From: Bacteroidota bacterium
Lineage (GTDB): Bacteria; Bacteroidota; Rhodothermia; Rhodothermales; JAHQVL01
NCBI GenBank assembly: GCA_039111535.1
Contig: JBCCIM010000008.1
Location: 2,984-66,983, forward strand
DNA: 64,000 nucleotides
Direction of reading: 5' to 3'
The notes under the pieces: generated by a model
Database searches by the model: none
The model's input: only the letters and a program-made list of their open reading frames with translations
Told to the model about the DNA's origin: nothing
Position numbers and translations under genes: made by a program
Part shown: in pieces, positions 8,501 to 18,383 of the stretch
Layout of the letters: every line of letters begins with the position of its first letter
Numbering within the stretch: the first letter of the stretch is position 1

Positions 8501-9637
8501 ATGTCAGCCATCCTTGCCAGGTTATTCTCCGATCTTGATATAGCTGTACTGGAGCGAGCCAAGGATGGTACGTTCAGCATGCTAAGCGGCACGCCGCCGT
8601 GGCTCAAAAACCTCTGGCCGGCCACCGAATCCAGCTCTGAAGGACTCAACCCTGGCGATGTTTTTTATTTCCTGGAAGACTTCCTCGACCGTAACGAAGA
8701 TTTTTGGCGTGCACCTACCAATGACCGCCGTGCGTCGGGTGTTTGGACGGAAAACACGCCCGACGGAAAAGAACAACTGCTCGAAGCAACGGCCATCTAT
8801 ATTGAAGATACCCCGCTGTTGCTCATCAGAATACCCCATCACCAGCAAGTCTGGCCCATTTTCCAGCAAGCACGCGAGCAACGCCTCGAATATGAGCAGT
8901 TGATTGACGAAATCAACAAGCGCGAAGTGCTACTGCACTGTATTGTACACGACTTGTCGAATCCGCTTGCAAGCATTAAAGGCAGCCTGAACCTGCTGCA
9001 GTCGGAGGATATGGTGGAGTCAGACGGGGACGAACTCTTGAGCATTGGCCTGCGCCAGGCGGCAAAAATGCAAAACCTGATCCGCAGCATTCTAACAACT
9101 TTTGCAAACGAAGTGCGTCCGCTTGTCCCGACACTTATTGGTACAGACATCGCACCTGACCTGCGTTCTTGTGCACAAGAAGTCGTAAAATCGCTCCAGG
9201 CTACGGCCAGTCTCAAAGGCATTCAGGTACAACTTACCGACACCACAGCCACCTCACCATTCAAAGTAGTGGGTGAGGCAGAGCGACTCGAACGTGTGCT
9301 ATACAATTTGCTTGCAAACGCTATCCGTCATTCAGCCAACGGTCAAACCGTATCTGTTGACGTTTTTGATGACGGCGAATTTATCCACGCTAATGTAACG
9401 GACCAGGGCGCCGGCGTCCCCGAAGATCTGATTGAAGGGTTATTCGACAGGTTCTCTCAGGGAAAAGACAAAACAGGGCAAGTTGGACTGGGCCTCTATT
9501 TCTGCAAAATTACCATTGAAGGCTGGGGCGGGACGATCGGATATGCACATGGCGAATCTGGCGGTGCCCGGTTCTGGTTTCGGCTTCCGAAGCCTGTCGA
9601 GCACGAAGACACAACGCCTGAAATCCAACATACCTGA
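8501..9637 (+). CDS. cytoplasmic sensor histidine kinase (N-terminal PAS-like domain, HisKA, HATPase)
   Basis: H-box VHDLSNPL, N-box NLLANAIRHS, DQGAG, LFDRF, GLGLYF; no TM segment. ATG at 8501 preferred over TTG at 8480. Confidence 0.92.
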   Translation: MSAILARLFSDLDIAVLERAKDGTFSMLSGTPPWLKNLWPATESSSEGLNPGDVFYFLEDFLDRNEDFWRAPTNDRRASGVWTENTPDGKEQLLEATAIYIEDTPLLLIRIPHHQQVWPIFQQAREQRLEYEQLIDEINKREVLLHCIVHDLSNPLASIKGSLNLLQSEDMVESDGDELLSIGLRQAAKMQNLIRSILTTFANEVRPLVPTLIGTDIAPDLRSCAQEVVKSLQATASLKGIQVQLTDTTATSPFKVVGEAERLERVLYNLLANAIRHSANGQTVSVDVFDDGEFIHANVTDQGAGVPEDLIEGLFDRFSQGKDKTGQVGLGLYFCKITIEGWGGTIGYAHGESGGARFWFRLPKPVEHEDTTPEIQHT

Positions 9638-9720
9638 TGCCTGTTAGCGGCTGCTTAGTTGCACCATTTGAACACCAGGTTGACCCCAAATTTTTTACTG
9701 TATCTACTTAAGAGCCACAC

Positions 9721-11202
9721 ATGTCATTTCGCATTTTCATCGTTGACGACGACCCTGAATACAGCGCCCTGCTGCAGTTTCAACTGCGGAAAATTGAGCA
9801 GGTCGAAATCAAAACCTTTAGCCAGGGTGAAGAGGTCGTTGACTGCCTGGACCAACAGCCGCATCTCGTGCTGCTTGACCTGGTTATGCCGGGGCAAGGT
9901 GGCCTCGAAACCCTGCGCCAAATCAAATTGGCTGCACCAAAGTTGCCCGTCATTGTGGTTTCGTCCCAATCAGTAGTTAGCGTTGCACTTGAGGCGCTTA
10001 AACTTGGCGCCTACGATTACATTACCAAAGGCCACGACGACACAGTCAAAATTAACCGGCTTGCGGCTCAAATCGCTGAACGGACCAAACTCACCCAGGA
10101 AGTTAGCATGTTACGCGAACAGCTTCGCGTGCCACAAGGCATTCCTGGCATGATTGGAGAAAGCGTCAGCATGGGCAAAGTATTCAGGCTCATTAACAAG
10201 ACGCTTGTTGGTGACCTCTCTGTGGCTATTGTTGGGGAAAGCGGAACGGGTAAAGAACTGGTTGCCCATACCATCCACTATAATTCTTCCAGGAAACGCC
10301 AGGCTTTTGTTGTTGTCAACTGCGCGGCAATCCCGCGGGAGTTGATGGAGAGTGAATTCTTCGGCCACGAAAAAGGCTCATTCACCGGCGCCTATACGCG
10401 TAAAACGGGTAAATTTGAGCAGGCCAACCAGGGTACCATCTTTCTCGACGAAATTGGAGAATTGAATCTTGACCTGCAGGCAAAACTGCTGCGCGTGCTG
10501 CAAAACCAGGAAGTTCAACGTGTAGGCAGCAATGAAACCATACGGGTAGATGTGCGCGTCGTTTGTGCTACCAACCGTGACATCGTATCGATGATTCACG
10601 AAGGCAAATTCAGGGAAGACTTGTATTACCGACTCTTTCAGTTCCCGATCAACCTGCCCCCGCTACGCGAACGCGACCAGGACAACCTCTTGCTGGCCAG
10701 CTTTTTCAGAAATGACTTCCTGAAACGCCACAAAGACGTGCAGCCCCGCGAGTTTTCTGCTGCCAGCCGGCGCAAAATCCTTGAATACGCGTGGCCAGGG
10801 AATGTAAGACAGCTTAAAAATGCTGTAGAACGCGCCCTGCTCATTTCCGACACGGATGAAATAATCCCTGATGACCTGATGCTGGACGCCATACTGCTTA
10901 CCAAGCGTCCAACTGCAGCATCTCCCCACCCCGCTGTAGCAGCTTCAGATGTACAGATGGCAGGCGGTGGGCATGCAAACGGTAGCGGTGTTGCTGGTAA
11001 CCCTATTGGCACAATCCAGACGGTAACCGACCCCAAAGACATCATGCCGCTTGAAGACCTGAAACGCATGGCTGTTTTACAAGCGTACAAGCTTTGCAAA
11101 GGCAACGTAGACCAGACTTCGCTCCGGCTTGGTGTAACCCGGTCTACTATCTACCGATTGTTAGAGAAATACAAACAGGAAGGCGTAGAGCTCGAAACCT
11201 GA
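9721..11202 (+). CDS. sigma-54-dependent response regulator (REC-AAA+-Fis HTH, NtrC family)
   Basis: IVDDD / LLDLVMP receiver, Walker A GESGTGKE, GSFTGA loop, FLDEIGE, DLYYRL, C-terminal LGVTRSTIYRLL. Confidence 0.95.
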   Translation: MSFRIFIVDDDPEYSALLQFQLRKIEQVEIKTFSQGEEVVDCLDQQPHLVLLDLVMPGQGGLETLRQIKLAAPKLPVIVVSSQSVVSVALEALKLGAYDYITKGHDDTVKINRLAAQIAERTKLTQEVSMLREQLRVPQGIPGMIGESVSMGKVFRLINKTLVGDLSVAIVGESGTGKELVAHTIHYNSSRKRQAFVVVNCAAIPRELMESEFFGHEKGSFTGAYTRKTGKFEQANQGTIFLDEIGELNLDLQAKLLRVLQNQEVQRVGSNETIRVDVRVVCATNRDIVSMIHEGKFREDLYYRLFQFPINLPPLRERDQDNLLLASFFRNDFLKRHKDVQPREFSAASRRKILEYAWPGNVRQLKNAVERALLISDTDEIIPDDLMLDAILLTKRPTAASPHPAVAASDVQMAGGGHANGSGVAGNPIGTIQTVTDPKDIMPLEDLKRMAVLQAYKLCKGNVDQTSLRLGVTRSTIYRLLEKYKQEGVELET

Positions 11203-11225
11203 TTTCCTGCCCTGACTTTGACGAC

Positions 11226-11260
11226 AAAAGGGGATGTACACTGCTGTACATCCCCTTTTT
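11226..11260. terminator. bidirectional intrinsic terminator
   Basis: Perfect 15-bp stem AAAAGGGGATGTACA-CTGC-TGTACATCCCCTTTT between convergent genes. Confidence 0.85.
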
Positions 11261-11329
11261 AATTTTGGTACACTGCCCGATTCACGCGGTCAGCATAAAT
11301 TTCGATCTAACTGTGCTAAGGGCACCACG

Positions 11330-11566
11330 CTATGATTCTGCCGGCTGCTCAGCCTCAGTAAAAACACCAGTGCTTTGCTTCTGCGGCCCAATGAACTGAT
11401 AGGTAGCGTGCTCTGGCCCGCCCTCAGGCACGTGGTAAGTTGTATACTCACCATCTTCAAACATAGATAAAGGCAACATAGCACCACGCAATAACCACCC
11501 GACAATAAAGCCGAGAAAAGCGGTTACCAGCAAAAAGAAAAGGAGTTGTCCGGTCAAATATATCAT
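11330..11566 (-). CDS. small membrane protein with one N-terminal TM helix
   Basis: GAGAGG SD then ATG at 11566; MIYLTGQLLFFLLVTAFLGFIVGWLLRG followed by a short polar tail (78 aa). Confidence 0.65.
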   Translation of the reverse strand: MIYLTGQLLFFLLVTAFLGFIVGWLLRGAMLPLSMFEDGEYTTYHVPEGGPEHATYQFIGPQKQSTGVFTEAEQPAES

Positions 11567-11880
11567 AATAATCCTCTCATTGTAGCTGAATCGGAAAAGC
11601 GCCATGTAGCACATTTACAATCCTTGTCCAGGGGATTGGCAACCGCAACAGCCGGCATTTACATCACATACAGCCGGCAAGTTGTCAGCAGAGAATAATT
11701 GATGTCTACGTCTCTTAAAAAGACTGTGGGAAGCCTGTAAAAACCCATTATGCAGATATCATACCACATTGTTTTCTAGCGACTTACATAAACGCATAAG
11801 CATATATCTTTCCTATTTTGACCACGGCACTGTCAATAATTGAACACAAATTCGCGACATCGCAGGGCAACTGTATAAAT

Positions 11881-11921
11881 AAAAAACCGGATGCCGGCAC
11901 GCTAAGCCCGACACCCGGTTT
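11881..11921 (-). terminator. intrinsic terminator downstream of mscS
   Basis: Minus-strand AAACCGGGUGUCGG...CCGGCAUCCGGUUUUUU, long stem with G-U pairs plus U tract. Confidence 0.6.
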
Positions 11922-11966
11922 CACAGCCTGGCTGTTTACCAGCGCAATATCAAAATAGTATCCACC

Positions 11967-12791
11967 TTAGTTTGAACGCAGGATCGCACCATCGATGTGA
12001 ACATCCGTCTGCGGGAATGGGATGCCGATATTGGCAGCGTCCAAACCATTCTTAACCGCTTTCGTCAGCTCATCTTTAACGGCCAGGTAATCAGCCGAAT
12101 TGCACCATACGCGTGCTTCCCAATCGATAGAAGATCCACCGAGACTTACGAGGTACGCCTGCACCCCAAGATCAGAGATCCGGCCTTGAACACCAGAACA
12201 GGCAGCTTCGATCACGCGGCGCGTTTCGTCGAGATCAGCGCTATAATCTGTACCCACCGCTACATCAACACGGCGGGTGTCGTGGAATGTCATATTCTCA
12301 ATGGTGGCGCCAAAAACAGAGCCATTTGGCACAATGATGCGCCGGTTGTCTGGGGTATTCAGGTTTGTGGTGAAGAGTTCAATTTCGTCTACCACACCCG
12401 TTACGCCGCCAACAGATACCAGATCTCCCACCTTGAACGGCCGGAAAACGAGCAGCATGATGCCGGCAGAGAAGTTCGACAACGTACCCTGGAATGCCAT
12501 ACCAATGGCAAAGCCGGCAGCAGCCAAAATTGCAGCAAAACTGGCAGTTTCAATGCCAACCCGCGCCAATACGGCAATGATACCAACAACCAGCACAGCA
12601 TAACGCGCCATGTTGGAGAAAAATTTTGTCAGCGTAATGTCGACATTCGCGCGCTCCAATCCTTTTCGCACAAGCCTTCTTGCCCATCCAGCTGCGATAA
12701 AGACGACAAACAGCAACAACAAGGCAGTCACTGCGGGGATCAAATATTCCTGCACGAGGACGGTGATATTCTCAGGTGTAAGCCAGTCCAT
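11967..12791 (-). CDS. mscS: small-conductance mechanosensitive channel
   Basis: Three TM helices, AIGMAFQGTLSNFSAG, RPFKVGDLV, NRRIIVPNG, IGIPFPQTDVH. Confidence 0.93.
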   Translation of the reverse strand: MDWLTPENITVLVQEYLIPAVTALLLLFVVFIAAGWARRLVRKGLERANVDITLTKFFSNMARYAVLVVGIIAVLARVGIETASFAAILAAAGFAIGMAFQGTLSNFSAGIMLLVFRPFKVGDLVSVGGVTGVVDEIELFTTNLNTPDNRRIIVPNGSVFGATIENMTFHDTRRVDVAVGTDYSADLDETRRVIEAACSGVQGRISDLGVQAYLVSLGGSSIDWEARVWCNSADYLAVKDELTKAVKNGLDAANIGIPFPQTDVHIDGAILRSN

Positions 12792-13046
12792 TCTAAAGTA
12801 TGATTTAGGTGATTAATAATGCCAAAGGCGGGTACAAGAGATGTGTCCAAATTGTGTACCACAGGGCGTTTAAACACGCAAAACGACCTTGCTAGCCAAA
12901 ATAGGTACTACGAGTGTCTGATTTTGCGACAATTCAAAAAATATTTTCAGACAGCCACCCTGATTTAAGAAATATGGAATTTGGTCGATGCATTCAGCAT
13001 CACCACCCTCCCTACCCGTTGTTTCCATCTTTCTGCTGCTTCGCTC

Positions 13047-13457
13047 ATGAATATTCTGATCGTCGTTGAGACCTATTTTGTAGCCCGAATTCTGCGTGAG
13101 CGTCTGGAAGAGCTAGGATATTCGGAAATTATGCTCGCCACGAGCGCTCCGGAAGCTGTCCAACATCTCCGCGTAACAAGCATCGACCTTATCATCGTTG
13201 ATGCAGAATGGCTCAAGCCGGGGATCGACATTCATGCCTTTCTTACCAGCATTCGTAAGTCGGATGAAGTAAAGAGTATTCCGATTCTGATGTGCTCTTC
13301 CAAAAACAAAACGGAAGATGTTAAAATGGCCCTGAACGCCGGCGCCAGCAGCTACCTGCTCAAGCCCTACAACGAAGAGGCCCTGAAAGAACATCTGGAT
13401 GGTATCTTCGGTGTCGAAGAACTGGAAATCCCTGAAGAAACCGAAGCAGCGGCCTGA
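13047..13457 (+). CDS. single-domain CheY-like response regulator (atypical acidic pocket)
   Basis: MNILIVVETY..., IIVDAEW, LMCSS, YLLKPY; ATG at 13047 preferred to the upstream TTG at 12981. Confidence 0.85.
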   Translation: MNILIVVETYFVARILRERLEELGYSEIMLATSAPEAVQHLRVTSIDLIIVDAEWLKPGIDIHAFLTSIRKSDEVKSIPILMCSSKNKTEDVKMALNAGASSYLLKPYNEEALKEHLDGIFGVEELEIPEETEAAA

Positions 13458-13475
13458 CGAACCTCCCGATAAATC

Positions 13476-13510
13476 CAGCGTAAGGTAGCTACACCACCGA
13501 CTTTACGCTG
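13476..13510. promoter_or_regulatory. nested inverted repeat immediately upstream of copA
   Basis: CAGCGTAA (13476-83) / TTACGCTG (13503-10) enclosing the palindrome GTAGCTAC (13485-92); ends 4 nt before the ATG. Confidence 0.45.
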
Positions 13511-13514
13511 AACC

Positions 13515-15977
13515 ATGCGTACCCAAAACGAAGCGTTAGCGCCCGACGCTGCCGGCCATACAGAGATCGTCCTGCCCGTAGCAGGCATGGAGTGTGCCGC
13601 CTGTGCTGTTCGAATAGAAAAGCAGCTTTCGAAGCGCCCCGATGTATTCTTCGCTCAGGTAAACCTCGCCAACAACCAGGCGCGCGTTGCCTATAACAGC
13701 CTGCACGCCAGCCTCCAGGATCTCGTCGATACCGTGGAAAAAACGGGTTTTTCTATCCCGCATACGGTTACCCGGATCTCCCTCACTGACGGCGAGCACA
13801 CACAACAAAAACTTCAGACAATCCTGGAAGGTGTACCGGGCTTACTGGGCATATCACTACCCGAAGCTGCAGGCGCTCAACATCCAACCAGCGTTGATAT
13901 TGCCCACATCGCCGATCTGTATCCTGCAGAAGAGCTTCGGCGGCGTCTGGCCAGCCACGGCCTCACCGACCTGGCAGACACTACGCCAGCATCCCCTGCA
14001 CCAGACACGGGCACCACGCATTACACCAGGCTCCGCAATCGGTTTGCTAGTGCTGCGCTGCTCAGCCTGCCGGTTGTGATTATTTCGATGTCGCATGAGG
14101 CCATAACCTTTACAGGGGTAAATTTCTGGCTGTTTGCGCTGACCACACCCGTTGTACTCTGGGCCGGCGGGCCATTTTTTGCTACCGCGCTCCGCCTCCT
14201 GCGCTACCGAACGGCAGATATGAACTCGCTGATTGCGCTCGGTGTTGGCGCTGCATACATCTACAGCACAGCAACTACGTTTTGGCCAGCCAGGTTTATG
14301 GCTGAAACCGGCCGCCATCCCGATGTTTACTTTGAAGCCGCAGCGGTTATCATCACGTTGGTCTTGCTCGGCCGGCTGCTCGAGGCCCGGGCAAAACAAA
14401 AAACTAACGCCTCCCTCGCCCAACTACTTGCCCTGCAACCGTCCACAGCGGTTGTCATCGAAGACGGCATTGAACTTACGTTGCCGTTGACACAAGTCAC
14501 CGTAGGCATGCAGGTGCTCGTGCGACCAGGAGAACGTATCCCGCTTGATGGTAAAATTGTTGATGGTGCATCTGCGGTCGATGAAAGCATGATTACTGGC
14601 GAGCCGTTGCCAGTTGACAAGCTGATGGGTGATACTGTTGTCGGCGGCACGCTTAATCGTACTGGGGCGTTTGTCTTCGAAGTACAACGGGTTGGACAGG
14701 AGACTACGCTGCAACAAATTGTTCGCCTGGTAAAAGATGCTCAGGGCCACAAAGCACCTATCCAGAAACTGGCAGATATCGTTGCCGGCGTTTTTGTACC
14801 AGCCGTACTGGTTATCGCGATACTCACTTTTGCGACGTGGTACCTGTTTACCCAATCACTGGCCCTGTCTCTTGTAGCTTTTGTCTCCGTACTGATCATC
14901 GCCTGCCCCTGCGCGCTCGGCCTTGCAACACCAACGGCTGTAATGGTGGCTACAGGCAAAGCAGCTGAGTACGGGATCCTGATCAAAGGCGGCGACACCC
15001 TTGAGAAGCTGCCAAAAATTTCCAAAATAGTACTGGATAAAACAGGCACCTTAACGGCCGGCAATCCGCGTTTAGTGGCCTTCGAGGCGGTAGGTACCCA
15101 CCTCACACCCGCACGCATCTTACAACTTGCCGGCTCGGCAGAACAGCGATCAGAACACCCGCTTGCGCAGGCTGTACTGGCTTATGTGGAAGCACAGGGG
15201 GTAGAATTACTGCCTGTCACCACCTTCAACAGTGTAACTGGCTCAGGCATAGAGGCAACGGTTGACCATACAACCATCCATATTGGAAATGCCGATTACA
15301 TCAGCAGCAGACATATTGCTTCAGATGGCTGGCAGCAGGCTTATGCTGAGGCACAGACCGCGGGTCACACAGCCATTCTTGTTGCCATTGATGGCGTTGT
15401 TGCAGGCGTTATGTCGATCAGTGACGCACTTCGCCCCTCAACTGAAGCAGGGATTGCAGCTATTCGATCGCAGGGTATTGCAGTGGCCATGCTAACAGGA
15501 GACCAGGAGGTCACGGCCCACGCCATTGCTGCAGAAGCAGGTATTGAAGAAGTCTACGCCGGCGTCAAGCCATCAGAAAAAGCAGCCCATGTTTTATCGA
15601 TGCAACAGGCAGGTGATGTTGTAGCCATGGTCGGCGATGGAATCAACGATGCGCCGGCACTTGCAACAGCCGACCTTGGCATTGCCATTGGTGCCGGTAC
15701 TGATGTAGCTATCGAAACCAGCGACATTACGCTTATGCGGGACGATATCAAAACCGTCTCACAGGCCATTTCGATTGCACGACAGGCCATGCGAACCATC
15801 AAACAAAACCTGTTCTTTGCCTTTATCTATAATGTGATTGGCATCCCCATCGCAGCCGGCGTCTTGTTTCCGATATGGGGCATCACCCTCAACCCGATGA
15901 TTGCCTCAGCTGCGATGGCGTTTTCGAGTGTTTCCGTTATCACCAACAGCTTGCGACTGCGTCGCTGGCAACCTTAA
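13515..15977 (+). CDS. copA: Cu(I)-translocating P1B-1 ATPase
   Basis: [17 protein letters not shown] in TM, DKTGT phosphorylation site, SEHPLA, GDGIND, YN and MAFSS motifs. Confidence 0.95.
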   Translation: MRTQNEALAPDAAGHTEIVLPVAGMECAACAVRIEKQLSKRPDVFFAQVNLANNQARVAYNSLHASLQDLVDTVEKTGFSIPHTVTRISLTDGEHTQQKLQTILEGVPGLLGISLPEAAGAQHPTSVDIAHIADLYPAEELRRRLASHGLTDLADTTPASPAPDTGTTHYTRLRNRFASAALLSLPVVIISMSHEAITFTGVNFWLFALTTPVVLWAGGPFFATALRLLRYRTADMNSLIALGVGAAYIYSTATTFWPARFMAETGRHPDVYFEAAAVIITLVLLGRLLEARAKQKTNASLAQLLALQPSTAVVIEDGIELTLPLTQVTVGMQVLVRPGERIPLDGKIVDGASAVDESMITGEPLPVDKLMGDTVVGGTLNRTGAFVFEVQRVGQETTLQQIVRLVKDAQGHKAPIQKLADIVAGVFVPAVLVIAILTFATWYLFTQSLALSLVAFVSVLIIACPCALGLATPTAVMVATGKAAEYGILIKGGDTLEKLPKISKIVLDKTGTLTAGNPRLVAFEAVGTHLTPARILQLAGSAEQRSEHPLAQAVLAYVEAQGVELLPVTTFNSVTGSGIEATVDHTTIHIGNADYISSRHIASDGWQQAYAEAQTAGHTAILVAIDGVVAGVMSISDALRPSTEAGIAAIRSQGIAVAMLTGDQEVTAHAIAAEAGIEEVYAGVKPSEKAAHVLSMQQAGDVVAMVGDGINDAPALATADLGIAIGAGTDVAIETSDITLMRDDIKTVSQAISIARQAMRTIKQNLFFAFIYNVIGIPIAAGVLFPIWGITLNPMIASAAMAFSSVSVITNSLRLRRWQP

Positions 15978-15988
15978 CGCTAAAGATT

Positions 15989-16198
15989 ATGAGCACACAA
16001 AAAGAAACCATACACATTGATGGCATGAGCTGTGGACATTGCGTGTCTACGGTCAAAAACGCTTTAGAAGCTACTGCCGGCGTTGATGTGGAGCACGTAG
16101 AAATTGGCAAAGCGCAGGTACAGTTCGACACCACGCAGGTTTCTGCGGCGCAGCTTGCCTCAGTTGTGGAAGACCTCGGCTTTGAAGTAAAAGCCTGA
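15989..16198 (+). CDS. copZ: copper chaperone (HMA domain)
   Basis: MSTQKETIHIDGMSCGHCV, 69 aa, 11 nt after the copA stop. Confidence 0.92.
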   Translation: MSTQKETIHIDGMSCGHCVSTVKNALEATAGVDVEHVEIGKAQVQFDTTQVSAAQLASVVEDLGFEVKA

Positions 16199-16219
16199 GT
16201 ACCAACGCAAGGTACTCAG
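16195..16219. terminator. hairpin between convergent copZ and SDR genes
   Basis: Perfect 9-bp stem CTGAGTACC-AACGCAA-GGTACTCAG; weak U tract. Confidence 0.5.
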
Positions 16220-16229
16220 TTGTAAAAGA

Positions 16230-16931
16230 TCAAATATCGCCTTGCTGTGGGCGCAGGACGATCTCTTCTACAACGGTACGGTCTGACATATGATAGATGT
16301 CGAGCACTGCCTTGGCAATGTCTGTTGCCGGCATGAACCGTTCTTCTGGTAATTCAACACCATCCCAACTCGGCGTTAGTGTCGCACCGGGCAACAGGGT
16401 CGTTACCCGAATCCCTGTATTACGCGTTTCTTCGCGCACACTGCGTGCAAGGCCAAGTAGTCCGTGTTTGGCTGCGCAATACGCAGCACCGCCCGGGTAG
16501 GCTTTCAAGGCAGCAACGGAGGCCATATAGAAAATAGCGCCACTGTTGCGATCCAGCATCGGTTTGAGGAATTGCTGCGTCACACTGAAGGCGCTGACAA
16601 GATTCACATCTACTTGCTGCCGAAACGAAGCCAGCGTGGTTTCAAGCAGCGAACCCGGCTGAAAAACGCCGGCATTGTTGACCAGCACATCGGGCGCTCC
16701 CCACTTTTCCATGACAGCTAGAGCCATAGCGGCCACAGCAGCTTCATCGGTCACATCACACGGAAAAGCGGCAGCATCCGCACCCCGTGCGCTACAGGCC
16801 TTTACCACCTGCACCAGCTTTTCCTCATTGCGGGCAACCAGCGCAATGCGAGCATCTGCCTCCTGTGCAAATGCCTCGGCAATGGCACGGCCTATTCCCT
16901 GGCTTGCGCCGGTTACAACAAATACTGGCAT
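16230..16931 (-). CDS. SDR oxidoreductase, probable sepiapterin reductase (Chlorobium type)
   Basis: TGASQGIG, NNAG, YCAAK; C-terminus RTVVEEIVLRPQQGDI; start is 1 nt after the folE stop (TAA-T-ATG). Confidence 0.8.
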   Translation of the reverse strand: MPVFVVTGASQGIGRAIAEAFAQEADARIALVARNEEKLVQVVKACSARGADAAAFPCDVTDEAAVAAMALAVMEKWGAPDVLVNNAGVFQPGSLLETTLASFRQQVDVNLVSAFSVTQQFLKPMLDRNSGAIFYMASVAALKAYPGGAAYCAAKHGLLGLARSVREETRNTGIRVTTLLPGATLTPSWDGVELPEERFMPATDIAKAVLDIYHMSDRTVVEEIVLRPQQGDI

Positions 16932-16932
16932 A

Positions 16933-17556
16933 TTACCTGGCTCCTATCAGTCGCATAAATTCAAAACGGGTGGCATCTTTGTGGAATTCACCACTTACAC
17001 AACTGGTCGTTGTCAGGGAATTCTGTTTCTCCGCACCACGCATCATCATGCACAAGTGTTGTGCTTCAATGACCACGGCAACACCAAGCGGCTTGAGCAC
17101 GCGGTCAATGGCTTCACGTATCTGGAGCGTTAACCGTTCCTGTACCTGTAGCCGGCGCGCAAAAACATCCACAACACGTGGAATTTTGCTTAATCCAACA
17201 ATTTTGCCATTCGGAATATAGGCCACATGCGCCTTCCCAAAAAAGGGCAGCATATGATGTTCGCACAGCGAATAAACTTCGATGTCTTTAACAACAATCA
17301 TTTCGCTGTAGCTTTCCTCAAACAGGGCTTTGCGTAGCACTTCGTCCGGATCCATCTGGTATCCATGCGTCAGGAACTGGTAAGCTTTTGCGACCCGTTC
17401 CGGTGTTTTGAGCAGCCCCTCCCTTGCTACATCTTCCCCCAGGTCCGTAATGATCTCTTTTACCTGGCCGGCAAGACGATCCGTCACCTCTTCATTGTAA
17501 TGGTCTTCACGTCTGTAAAGCACTTCGCGTTTGTTATTTGCTTTTTTCGCTGCCAT
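16933..17556 (-). CDS. folE: GTP cyclohydrolase I (type IA)
   Basis: [51 protein letters not shown]. Confidence 0.97.
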   Translation of the reverse strand: MAAKKANNKREVLYRREDHYNEEVTDRLAGQVKEIITDLGEDVAREGLLKTPERVAKAYQFLTHGYQMDPDEVLRKALFEESYSEMIVVKDIEVYSLCEHHMLPFFGKAHVAYIPNGKIVGLSKIPRVVDVFARRLQVQERLTLQIREAIDRVLKPLGVAVVIEAQHLCMMMRGAEKQNSLTTTSCVSGEFHKDATRFEFMRLIGAR

Positions 17557-17764
17557 CTATTTCAGTATTGTTTGATGCAAACCAGAGATTTGAAGACACG
17601 ATCGATGTGTTTACGTATCGCTGTGCTTCTGTTTTGCGCTATTCCGGTCCTGGTAAAGACGCTAAGAAAGCGCATCAATCGGCATTCAATTTGATCCTAA
17701 ATTCGCATGTTTGTCTAATCAGTATTCACCAGATGAGTAATAAGGCATGTGATAGACGCTGATC

Positions 17765-18178
17765 TTATTCGCCGCGGTATTCAGCCATATTGCGCTCGGT
17801 TTCAAACAACCGGATGCAATGTAGCTTGCCAGCAGGCAGAGCTTCTTCAAGTTGCTGCCAGATCGCCACTACAAAATTCTCCGTAGAAGGCATGATCCCA
17901 TGCATGAAGTCAACATCTATGTTCAGGTTTGCGTGGTCCACTTTATCAACAACACGTTCTGCCATTACCTTTTTGAGCAAACCAAGGTCAATTACATATC
18001 CGGTTTCGGGGTCCGGCTCGCCGGCTACCGTTACTTCGAGGAGATAATTGTGACCATGCCAATTGGGGTTATTACACTTCCCAAACATATCCCGATTCCA
18101 CGCATCCGATTTGTTCGGATTGTGCAGACGGTGTGCTGCATTAAAGTGCGCTTTACGCGTTACATAAACGAGTGGCAT
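17765..18178 (-). CDS. 6-pyruvoyl-tetrahydropterin synthase, PTPS-II (animal-like) subtype
   Basis: FNAAHRL, C-X5-HGH motif (CNNPNWHGHNY), DHANLN, STEN, LFETERN. Confidence 0.9.
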   Translation of the reverse strand: MPLVYVTRKAHFNAAHRLHNPNKSDAWNRDMFGKCNNPNWHGHNYLLEVTVAGEPDPETGYVIDLGLLKKVMAERVVDKVDHANLNIDVDFMHGIMPSTENFVVAIWQQLEEALPAGKLHCIRLFETERNMAEYRGE

Positions 18179-18383
18179 ATCCTTCGCTGAAGCAAGAATT
18201 AGATGTTATCAGAACGCCTCTGTACCTACGCTACACTAGTGGGTTTCAAACTGGGCCACATCTATTACACATCAAGCGATAAACTACACACAGGGCACGT
18301 CTTGCCGGATCCCGCGTACAATCCTCTTTTGTTACCGTACCGCATGCCATCGGGGTACGCTCACATTACACCTCAAGCGCTAC

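Noticed and set aside
11997-12803. 268-aa plus-strand ORF
   Set aside because: Antisense shadow of mscS with no recognisable motifs; the same applies to 405..1049, 55514..56302 and the other nested ORFs in the track.
17765-18178. queD (queuosine) assignment
   Set aside because: The motif is C-X5-HGH rather than C-X3-HGH, and the neighbours are folE and an SDR, not queC/queE/queF.
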